Shown here in pieces: positions 1-6,941 of a stretch of 11,241 nt of DNA. Position 1 is the first letter of the stretch, and every line of letters starts with the position of its first letter. Under the pieces are notes generated by a model. It was not told the DNA's origin and searched no databases. It saw only the letters and a program-made list of their open reading frames with translations. Both the position numbers and the translations under genes were made by a program. Source of the stretch: an uncultured archaeon (lineage in GTDB: Archaea; Asgardarchaeota; Heimdallarchaeia; Heimdallarchaeales; Heimdallarchaeaceae); contig CAZJUB010000041.1 in assembly GCA_964549075.1 (NCBI GenBank), positions 10,857 to 22,097 of the forward strand. The letters are read 5' to 3'.

Positions 1-1455
1 ATTGTCAACTTCTATGCAATGGAAAGAGCATTGAAAAAAGGCAAGAATATCTGGGTCATTTGGACCAAACAAATCATCGCGGGTATTGTACTAATTTTAG
101 TTGGAAAACTCTGGATAACATTTTTCCCATATTGGGGCGTATTAGAAAGCTGGAGTAGAAGTACGACTATAACACTTGCAGAATCTTGGACTTCGCATAA
201 AGGTATGTTCTTTATGATTGAAGCTATCGAATCCATTGGTTTGATGATGATTGTAACATCATTTCTATTCTTAATCTTTGCAACAAAGAAACTTAAAGAC
301 AACTGGATGATTAAAGCAATCCTTGGTTTTGGAATTGGGATAATTGTAATTATAATAAGCCCTTATGTTTCCCAAGCTATAGTTAACGTTTATGGTCTTG
401 ATATAACAACAGGTGAGAATTTCAGTAAATTTACAACACCGGGATATTGGTGGATTATAGGTACAGCTGAATCACAACCTCTAATTTCAACGACGATACA
501 GGCGTGGTCTAAAGTGTGGCGGGTTCCTTTAAATTGGTTGGTGGGAAGAGAAGCACCTTTGTTTCCAATGATGGGATCTTACTTTATAGGTGCTGGAATG
601 GGAACCATACTTACTCAAGATGAACCAAAGAAAAAACAGTACCAATGGCTCTATTTAGTAGGAGGTGTTTTAACAGTATTAGGTTTGATAGACTGGATTG
701 TTTTTTATGGTATGGATTTGAATCTTGGATTTCATGTTCATCCACGTTGGTTTGCTTTATTTGCAGCTGGATTACAAATCATCGTGATTACTGCTATGGT
801 GCTAAAAATAGAGTTCAACAGAATTGTGAGAGTAGATAAATGGGAAAAAGGGACAAGATGGGTTCGTCGATTCGGTGTGTTTGCACTAACAGCATATTTC
901 TTCAGTATTGGAGATATGGTAATTCGATTTATTTTCCAAGCAATATTCCCAGATCAAGACTTCATCAACAGATATAGTCTAAATTTTGGATGGACGTTAT
1001 TACTTCTTACATTACTAATGATATCCTGGCATGCACTACTTTATGTCTGGGACAGATATGGTAAGGGATATGGCTCGTGGGAATTCTTCATAAGTCTAAT
1101 AAGAAGACCAAAAGGTGGCCAAAAAAGAAATTGGAAAGATCCTATTAACCTCAAAGGTATTCTCTGGGATGTAGAAACTATAATGTATGTAACTCCCTAC
1201 ACTGATGATGAATATAAACAGATTGTTAATATCAAAGACAAAAAGAAAGATTTGAGAATAATCAAAGCTCCTTGGGTCTATTTCAAAGTTAATTTTAAAG
1301 GAAAATACTACCCAATCGAACTTTTCTTCAATGTTATCATTATTACTATCAGAAATATACTACTATCAATTGTTCTAATCATTCAAAGAATCAAACATAG
1401 AGAACAGTACAGAATTATTAACTTGGAATTAAAGAAATTAATTGCTACTTTCTAA
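1..1455 (+). CDS. Polytopic membrane protein, 5'-truncated; possibly DUF1624/HGSNAT-like transmembrane acyltransferase
   Basis: Frame is open from base 1 (IVNFYA-MERALKKG...), so the ATG at 19 is probably internal. It has about 8-10 hydrophobic segments, a PLFP motif (REAPLFPMMG) and a late G-x-x-A-L-x-x-Y segment reminiscent of DUF1624/DUF418-type proteins. The CDS is secure; the function is tentative. Confidence 0.55.
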   Translation: MVNFYAMERALKKGKNIWVIWTKQIIAGIVLILVGKLWITFFPYWGVLESWSRSTTITLAESWTSHKGMFFMIEAIESIGLMMIVTSFLFLIFATKKLKDNWMIKAILGFGIGIIVIIISPYVSQAIVNVYGLDITTGENFSKFTTPGYWWIIGTAESQPLISTTIQAWSKVWRVPLNWLVGREAPLFPMMGSYFIGAGMGTILTQDEPKKKQYQWLYLVGGVLTVLGLIDWIVFYGMDLNLGFHVHPRWFALFAAGLQIIVITAMVLKIEFNRIVRVDKWEKGTRWVRRFGVFALTAYFFSIGDMVIRFIFQAIFPDQDFINRYSLNFGWTLLLLTLLMISWHALLYVWDRYGKGYGSWEFFISLIRRPKGGQKRNWKDPINLKGILWDVETIMYVTPYTDDEYKQIVNIKDKKKDLRIIKAPWVYFKVNFKGKYYPIELFFNVIIITIRNILLSIVLIIQRIKHREQYRIINLELKKLIATF

Positions 1456-1478
1456 TTTCTCTTCCTTTTTTTTTATTT
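1456..1478 (+). terminator. Pyrimidine/oligo-T tract, archaeal-type intrinsic terminator
   Basis: TTTCTCTTCC followed by T9 (1466-1474) immediately after the TAA at 1453-1455. Confidence 0.55.
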
Positions 1479-1635
1479 AATTCCTTTAATAAAGTGTCAT
1501 TATGTTAAAAAAACAGGATAAAGCACTCCACAATCATTCTTATTTTTATGAAAAAATTACAAAAAAGATAATCTTATATTCTACATAAAATATAGATATC
1601 ATTACAAGTAAAACAAAAAAATGTGCTAGATTAGA

Positions 1636-2991
1636 TTGAATAAAATGATTAATGTTTCCTATAAGTGCGACAAAAGATTTAATCTATTTGTTAATAACAA
1701 AAAGTATTATGTAGATTTTCCAAAATTCAATGATTTTACTCTGGCTGATGTAATTGGAAATAACTTAAGTTTAATGTACACATATCACTTGGGATTAATA
1801 CAAAACAAAGCTGTAAAATATAATTCATCAATACCTTATTTCCAAACTCAGATTTTAAAAAACATACTTTACGATTTACCTTCTTGTACAACAAAAGATA
1901 ACCATTTAACGATGGAGTCTCTTTTAAAACGCTTTTATAATTTAAAACCTGAATATACTTCTCCTTATTTGGAAGACGAACAGATTTCATATCCATATGA
2001 AGCTAATAAAGAGAAAGTAAGTTTAGCTTTTTCATTTGGGAAAGACAGTTTGTTATCTCTACTACTTGCTCAAGAATTAGGGAAAGAAGTTCAACCAATT
2101 TATGTCATTGAACATAGCATGAAATATGAATATAAGAATAAGATAAAATTGATACAGGATTTTGAAAAAGAACAAAATATCACAACAAGAATCTTAGATA
2201 ACAACATTTCATTATTAAGGGATCCAGAACATCTCAATTGCACTCCTGATGAAGCAGAGCTCTCTTGGGGAACACAAAACACCCAATATTCCTTTATGTT
2301 ATTACCTTATGTGAGATTACATGAATCATCCGCAATTCTGTTTGGTAATGAGTTTACCACAAATACTCTATATTATAATGATGAAGGATATGAAACTAAT
2401 CCCTGTTTTGACCAATCCTCACAATGGACCAATGAAATATCAGCGATGATTCGTAAAATTACCGAAAATAAGGTAAGCGTGACTTCATATATTGAACCAT
2501 TCACAGACATATTAGTTATGGCGACACTTACAAATCGCTATCCAGAGATGATAAAATACATTATGTCTTGTTTTGGAGGACAAAATGAGAGATGGTGTCA
2601 TGCTTGTGATATATGTGCAAAAATGTATCTAATGTTAGTAGCTGTAGGTATTGATCCTAAATTCGCAGGTTATAATCAAGATATGTTGAAAGGGGGAAAC
2701 GCACACTTTTTCTCGATCTTTGGTGGAAAGAGTCAGTATCAATATCTTAATACTACAACAGCACATAACGAACAATTATTTAATTTTGAATTGGCTTATA
2801 AACGAGGGAATAGAAGCCAGTTAACTATTAAAGCTCATGAATTATTTCAAAAGGAAGAAAAGGATTTTGAACAATTATTTGATTATTTTATTACCTTTAA
2901 AAATCCGATTACTATCAAATCTAAAGAAACAATTAACCAACTAAAGGTCATTCATGATGAGACAACAAATAATGTTTTTGACAAAATATAA
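1636..2991 (+). CDS. PP-loop (N-type ATP pyrophosphatase) enzyme with Cys4 metal site; MurL-like / QueC-superfamily adenylating enzyme
   Basis: PP-loop variant SFGKDS (2032-2049, residues 133-138). C-x8-C-x2-C-x2-C (SCFGGQNERWCHACDIC, 2569-2616). Central LFGNE...TNPCFDQS segment. About 130-aa N-terminal domain and 451 aa total, far longer than classical QueC. Start is TTG 1636 or ATG 1645. Confidence 0.7.
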   Translation: MNKMINVSYKCDKRFNLFVNNKKYYVDFPKFNDFTLADVIGNNLSLMYTYHLGLIQNKAVKYNSSIPYFQTQILKNILYDLPSCTTKDNHLTMESLLKRFYNLKPEYTSPYLEDEQISYPYEANKEKVSLAFSFGKDSLLSLLLAQELGKEVQPIYVIEHSMKYEYKNKIKLIQDFEKEQNITTRILDNNISLLRDPEHLNCTPDEAELSWGTQNTQYSFMLLPYVRLHESSAILFGNEFTTNTLYYNDEGYETNPCFDQSSQWTNEISAMIRKITENKVSVTSYIEPFTDILVMATLTNRYPEMIKYIMSCFGGQNERWCHACDICAKMYLMLVAVGIDPKFAGYNQDMLKGGNAHFFSIFGGKSQYQYLNTTTAHNEQLFNFELAYKRGNRSQLTIKAHELFQKEEKDFEQLFDYFITFKNPITIKSKETINQLKVIHDETTNNVFDKI

Positions 2992-2995
2992 TTTT

Positions 2996-3002
2996 GGAGG
3001 GT
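2996..3002 (+). promoter_or_regulatory. Shine-Dalgarno-like motif for the PLP enzyme gene
   Basis: GGAGGGT ends 9 nt before ATG 3012, which favours 3012 over TTG 2994 as the start. Confidence 0.55.
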
Positions 3003-3011
3003 AACAGTACA

Positions 3012-4112
3012 ATGATAATAGAACCAGGAAATACACCAGTTATCAAGTCTAAAATCTTCTCTAAATTATGGGGGATACCTGAATTATACTACAAACTTGA
3101 AGGAATAAATCCAACAGGAACTCATAAAGATCGAATCGCAAGTAGTATATGCCAATATGCAAAAAAAGAAGGATTTGAGACTGTTGCTGTGGCAACTTGT
3201 GGCAATTTTGGTGCTTCAATAGCATACTATGCTAAAGTAAATTCACTCATATGCAGAGTTTATATCCCAGAAAATTATCATAGTACTAGATTAAGGGATA
3301 TTATAGGAGTTGGAGCCTCAATACATTATCTACCAGGAAAATATGAAGATGTTGTAAAAAAATGTGGTGAAATAAGTGAACAAAATGGTTGGTTCAATGC
3401 ATCACCAAATAATAAGATTGTTAAGACAATTTCCTTTGATCAATACGGTGAAATTGCTAAAGAACTTGTTGACCAATTAAAAGAAATTAATTTGATTTCC
3501 ATTCCTGTTGGGAATGGTACTACGCTTGCAGGTATATATTATGGATTCTTAAAGGAATTTGAAAATGGAAGAATAGAACGAATTCCAACACTCATTGCTG
3601 CTTCCACTATTCATGGTAATCCAATAGTAACAAGTCTAAATAAAGAATTGAAACAGATTCTAATTTTAGAACCTGACTTGCTAAAAGAAACTGAAATTAA
3701 TGAACCTCTTATAAGTTATGAATCATTTGATGGGCAAGAAGCTCTAGATTTCTTAAATTCAACCAAAGGATATGCTTTCAATCTTGCTGATAGTTCAATG
3801 ATTAATGCTTCAAAACAGTTATATGATTTTGAGGGATTGAGTGTCCTTCCGGCATCAACTAGTTCTTTGTTAGCTGTAAATATGTGTGTAAAGAATAATC
3901 CTTCTTTAAAGAATAAGAAAATAGTTTGTATACTTACTGCACGTGGAAGTGTTGTACCTAGAGTTTCAAATGTTTCCAAAGTGCTTATGGCTTTGCATGA
4001 AGAAAGACCATATAAAGTAGGTGCAAAAACACCTCAGGAAGATAATCCAGCAGAAATCGTTGCTGTAACTAAACTAGAGGGTAAGAAAAAACAAATAATG
4101 AAAGTGGAGTGA
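3012..4112 (+). CDS. PLP-dependent fold-type II enzyme, threonine-synthase-like but atypical
   Basis: GNTP, KLEGINPTGTHKDR (Schiff-base Lys at 3126-3128), ATCGNFG, phosphate loop PVGNGTT, LPAS and ILTA, followed by a C-terminal extension of about 55 aa. The ORF track starts at TTG 2994; ATG 3012 has the SD. Confidence 0.85.
   Translation: MIIEPGNTPVIKSKIFSKLWGIPELYYKLEGINPTGTHKDRIASSICQYAKKEGFETVAVATCGNFGASIAYYAKVNSLICRVYIPENYHSTRLRDIIGVGASIHYLPGKYEDVVKKCGEISEQNGWFNASPNNKIVKTISFDQYGEIAKELVDQLKEINLISIPVGNGTTLAGIYYGFLKEFENGRIERIPTLIAASTIHGNPIVTSLNKELKQILILEPDLLKETEINEPLISYESFDGQEALDFLNSTKGYAFNLADSSMINASKQLYDFEGLSVLPASTSSLLAVNMCVKNNPSLKNKKIVCILTARGSVVPRVSNVSKVLMALHEERPYKVGAKTPQEDNPAEIVAVTKLEGKKKQIMKVE
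4106..4112 (+). promoter_or_regulatory. Shine-Dalgarno-like motif overlapping the upstream stop codon
   Basis: GGAGTGA contains the TGA of the PLP gene and lies 7 nt before ATG 4120, suggesting translational coupling. Confidence 0.5.
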
Positions 4113-4119
4113 AGTTAAA

Positions 4120-5208
4120 ATGAAAAATAAAATCAAAGTAGTAGTAACATGTAATTTGCGAACAGAAGAAGACGAATTTCAGATGGAATTTGATCCAGAA
4201 CATACTATCGAGTTAATAGTAAAATCTCTCCTAAAACATGGATATGATACAACTTTCGTAGATGCTAGTTCTCCTGATCTTATAGAGAAGCTACGAGCAG
4301 AAAAACCAGACATAGTGTTTAACAGATCTGAAGGTTTCATCTATATGAAAAATAGAGAATCACTAGTACCAGCAATTCTTGAATCCATGCGAATACCTTT
4401 TGTTGGAGCTGATGTCCTTGGTACAGCTATAGGACAAAACAAGAAAATATCTAAAACTATTGCTGCTTCTCTTCTTATTCCAACTCCTAGAGATTATTTT
4501 CTAAATCCTTACAATTATACTAAGATGATTAGAAAATTAGAAAAGGATGTAAAAGCGAAACTAATACAATATCCTCTTGTAATAAAGCCAGTATATGAAG
4601 GTAGTTCCTTTGGTGTGAAGTTAGTATACAATAAAAAAGAATTAACTGATTATGCTTCAGAATATATGCAAAAATTAAACAAACCTGTTATTGTTGAAGA
4701 ATTCATCTCTGGAGATGAATATAGTATTGGATTATTAGGTAATGGGGACAATATAGATGTCTTACCTTTGATTAGAATCAAAACTGAAAAATTCACAGAT
4801 AACGATTTTGTATTTGATAGTTATGCAAAATCACACGATGACTTAAAGTATTATGAATGCCCAGCAAAAATAGAACCAGAATTAAAAGAGAAACTAATAG
4901 AATATGCTAAAGCAATTTTTGAAGCAGCATATTGTTATGATTTTGCTAGATTAGATTTTAGAATTAGAGATGGAATTCCGTATTTTCTTGAAGTCAATCC
5001 ATTGCCAGGTTTGGATTATGATACAGTTAACAACGATATCAGCTTTTATCCTTTAATGGCTGTTAGAGGAAAACTCTCATATGATGAAATGGTTCATAAA
5101 ATCCTTCTTTCAGCAATCAAAAGATACCCCCAACTAAATAAGAAGGCAATGAGACTAAGAAAAAAAGCTGAGAATGGTACTAACGAAGCGAAGAAAAAAA
5201 TCAAATAG
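4120..5208 (+). CDS. ATP-grasp amino acid ligase, D-Ala-D-Ala ligase-like (non-canonical subfamily)
   Basis: KPVYEGSSFG, VEEFISGDEYSIG, ARLDFR and LEVNPLPGL motifs. The N-terminus has EFD..TI and FNRSEG...RESLVPAILE instead of the Ddl motifs GGxSxEHxVS and LHGxxGEDG. Confidence 0.85.
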   Translation: MKNKIKVVVTCNLRTEEDEFQMEFDPEHTIELIVKSLLKHGYDTTFVDASSPDLIEKLRAEKPDIVFNRSEGFIYMKNRESLVPAILESMRIPFVGADVLGTAIGQNKKISKTIAASLLIPTPRDYFLNPYNYTKMIRKLEKDVKAKLIQYPLVIKPVYEGSSFGVKLVYNKKELTDYASEYMQKLNKPVIVEEFISGDEYSIGLLGNGDNIDVLPLIRIKTEKFTDNDFVFDSYAKSHDDLKYYECPAKIEPELKEKLIEYAKAIFEAAYCYDFARLDFRIRDGIPYFLEVNPLPGLDYDTVNNDISFYPLMAVRGKLSYDEMVHKILLSAIKRYPQLNKKAMRLRKKAENGTNEAKKKIK

Positions 5209-5231
5209 CAAAGAATTAAGGAGAGCACCAT

Positions 5232-5735
5232 ATGAGCAGTTTAGAGCATGTTCTCATGAATGGAAAGAATATGCTAAATAGAATCTCAAATTTCTTGGAA
5301 CTTGAACAAACTAATTTTAGTCAAGAATTACAAGATTCTTTTGATGAGCTTGAGCAGAAACTCAACAAAGAAGGTACTTTCGTTTTATACAGACAAGTAA
5401 ATGATATTATTGAAGATTTTATCATTTTTACTGAAAATGATGAAGATGCGCTTGAACATGGGATCTATCTTGATATTTTCGTTGTTAAAGAGAAAGGTAA
5501 AGGATTTGGTAAGAAAATGGAACAAGTACTCTGTACAATTTTAACAAATCTCGGGTATACTTCTATATCCTTGAGAACTGAAGAAAAACCTACAAAAGAA
5601 GGGATTGATTTAATTAGATGGTATTCTAAACTCGGTTATCAGGTTATAGATAAGGATGATAGAGGGGTGTTAATGAGAAAATTTCTTGAAGCTAGCAAGA
5701 CAAATCCAAGTCAAACTACTCAATCAGTCCAATAA
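5232..5735 (+). CDS. GNAT-family N-acyltransferase
   Basis: Acetyl-CoA loop IFVVKEKGKGFGKK and the C-terminal WYSKLGY motif. AAGGAG SD at 5218-5223, 23 nt after the ligase stop. Confidence 0.75.
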   Translation: MSSLEHVLMNGKNMLNRISNFLELEQTNFSQELQDSFDELEQKLNKEGTFVLYRQVNDIIEDFIIFTENDEDALEHGIYLDIFVVKEKGKGFGKKMEQVLCTILTNLGYTSISLRTEEKPTKEGIDLIRWYSKLGYQVIDKDDRGVLMRKFLEASKTNPSQTTQSVQ

Positions 5736-5740
5736 TGCTG

Positions 5741-5759
5741 TCTACTTTCTCTTTTTACT
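5741..5759 (+). terminator. Pyrimidine/T-rich tract, probable operon terminator
   Basis: TCTACTTTCTCTTTTTACT just after TAA 5733-5735, within the 57-nt gap between convergent genes. Confidence 0.4.
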
Positions 5760-5792
5760 AAATTCAAAGATTGAAATCAAGTAAATTTTCAT

Positions 5793-6881
5793 TCAGTGAG
5801 TATCAGTATTATACTTTTCTAAGAAATGCTCTAATTCAGTCTTAGTGAAATCTACTATTTTTTCAGAATCCCATTTTTCGTACCCAAGAGCTCTATTTAT
5901 CCTGTGCATATGAATATTAACAGAAGAACTTCCTGTCGACCAAACTTTTGCTTTTGTAGTCGATAGTAATGTCTCTAACATTTGATATTTCATTGCTAAC
6001 CCAAGACCATTTCCCCTATGTTCAGGAAGAACTCCTGTATCCCACTGCCAAGCAACATGAGGTTGATAATTATCCAGTACAGAAGTAGTAAGACCAACAG
6101 GTTTACCTGTATCTTTGTGAATAGCGATAAAAGTATAGAAAGTATCCCATTTTTTTTGATTAATTAAGCATAGTTCGTTAAATCTTTCAAGATTCAATTT
6201 CGTGTCCTCTATTGAAAGCTCTTCTCTAGGCATATCATTTCTTACACATTCCACAAGATCAACAAAAGAAGAATAGTCCACATAATTATTATAATCTAAA
6301 CCTTCAACAAATATAATTTCATATCCTGATTTCAATGCTTTTTCATTTAGCTTTTTAGCTTGTTTTGAAACTTCAGCTAGATCTTTTGTTTCAAGATTCA
6401 AATCAAACAGAATTTCTTCATAAGAAGGTTCTATATCAGCTGAAAAATAAAATTCAGCACCTTCTGAATCATTCATAAAGGCAGTTGAAATTTTAGTAAT
6501 TTGAGCTGGTACAGATTTAACCATTTCTTTTAACATAATAATTCTATTAGTCATTTTATCTTCATTATCATTCAAATAGACAAGAAACCATGCTTGGTCT
6601 AAATTATCATATTTAATATTGAAACCTAACCATGCATATGCTTGAACATTATCAGTTTCATCAATTCCTGCAAATCTGATAGTTTTTTGCCATGATAAAT
6701 CCGAAATCTTCCATTGCTTTCTAAAATAATCCAACTTTGGAGGATCAAAAGTATGATTCTCTCTTTCTTTTTTTTGCATAAGTTGAAAGATACTTTCACA
6801 GTATTTCTCAGGGATATCGCTTTTCTTATCACTTGAAATGATCTTTTGAATTTTCATTTTGTCAAACACAGATAAGACCAT
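5793..6881 (-). CDS. Two-domain (tandem) GNAT-family acetyltransferase
   Basis: C-terminal GNAT with DTGVLPEHRGNGLGLAMK and NIHMHRINRALGY. The N-terminal half is GNAT-sized but lacks a recognisable CoA loop. The true start may be ATG 6857 (MKIQK). Confidence 0.8.
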   Translation of the reverse strand: MVLSVFDKMKIQKIISSDKKSDIPEKYCESIFQLMQKKERENHTFDPPKLDYFRKQWKISDLSWQKTIRFAGIDETDNVQAYAWLGFNIKYDNLDQAWFLVYLNDNEDKMTNRIIMLKEMVKSVPAQITKISTAFMNDSEGAEFYFSADIEPSYEEILFDLNLETKDLAEVSKQAKKLNEKALKSGYEIIFVEGLDYNNYVDYSSFVDLVECVRNDMPREELSIEDTKLNLERFNELCLINQKKWDTFYTFIAIHKDTGKPVGLTTSVLDNYQPHVAWQWDTGVLPEHRGNGLGLAMKYQMLETLLSTTKAKVWSTGSSSVNIHMHRINRALGYEKWDSEKIVDFTKTELEHFLEKYNTDTH

Positions 6882-6893
6882 TAAAAATTTTTG
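6880..6893 (-). promoter_or_regulatory. Putative BRE-TATA for the tandem GNAT gene
   Basis: Minus strand reads CAAAAA-TTTTTAAT, with the TATA-like box starting 30 nt before ATG 6857, the geometry of a leaderless archaeal gene. Confidence 0.4.
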
Positions 6894-6902
6894 ATAAAAA
6901 CT

Positions 6903-6917
6903 AGAAAACTTTTATAA
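6903..6917 (+). promoter_or_regulatory. Putative BRE-TATA for the amidohydrolase gene
   Basis: AGAAAAC-TTTTATAA, with the box starting 32 nt before ATG 6942 and no good SD in between. Confidence 0.5.
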
Positions 6918-6941
6918 TCTAAGGTAGTGATTTTGTTATCT

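Noticed and set aside
1545-1635. Promoter or operator for the four-gene operon (AAGAT-A-ATCTT at 1565-1575 and several TATA-like runs)
   Set aside because: A promoter is likely here, but the region is so AT-rich that no single box or palindrome stands above chance.
1636-2991. queC, or a QatABCD / type IV CBASS defence system
   Set aside because: It is about twice the length of QueC, and no QueD/QueE, TGT, TatD, P-loop ATPase or CD-NTase gene is in the window. The neighbours are small-molecule enzymes.
3012-4112. Calling the gene thrC
   Set aside because: Several signature residues differ and no threonine pathway genes are adjacent.
4120-5208. Calling the gene ddl (peptidoglycan D-Ala-D-Ala ligase)
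   Set aside because: It lacks GGxSxEH and LHGxxGEDG, and there is no mur/dcw context.
5136-5208. Basic tail read as a eukaryote-like nuclear localisation signal
   Set aside because: Lys-rich tails are common in AT-rich genomes, and nothing supports a targeting role.
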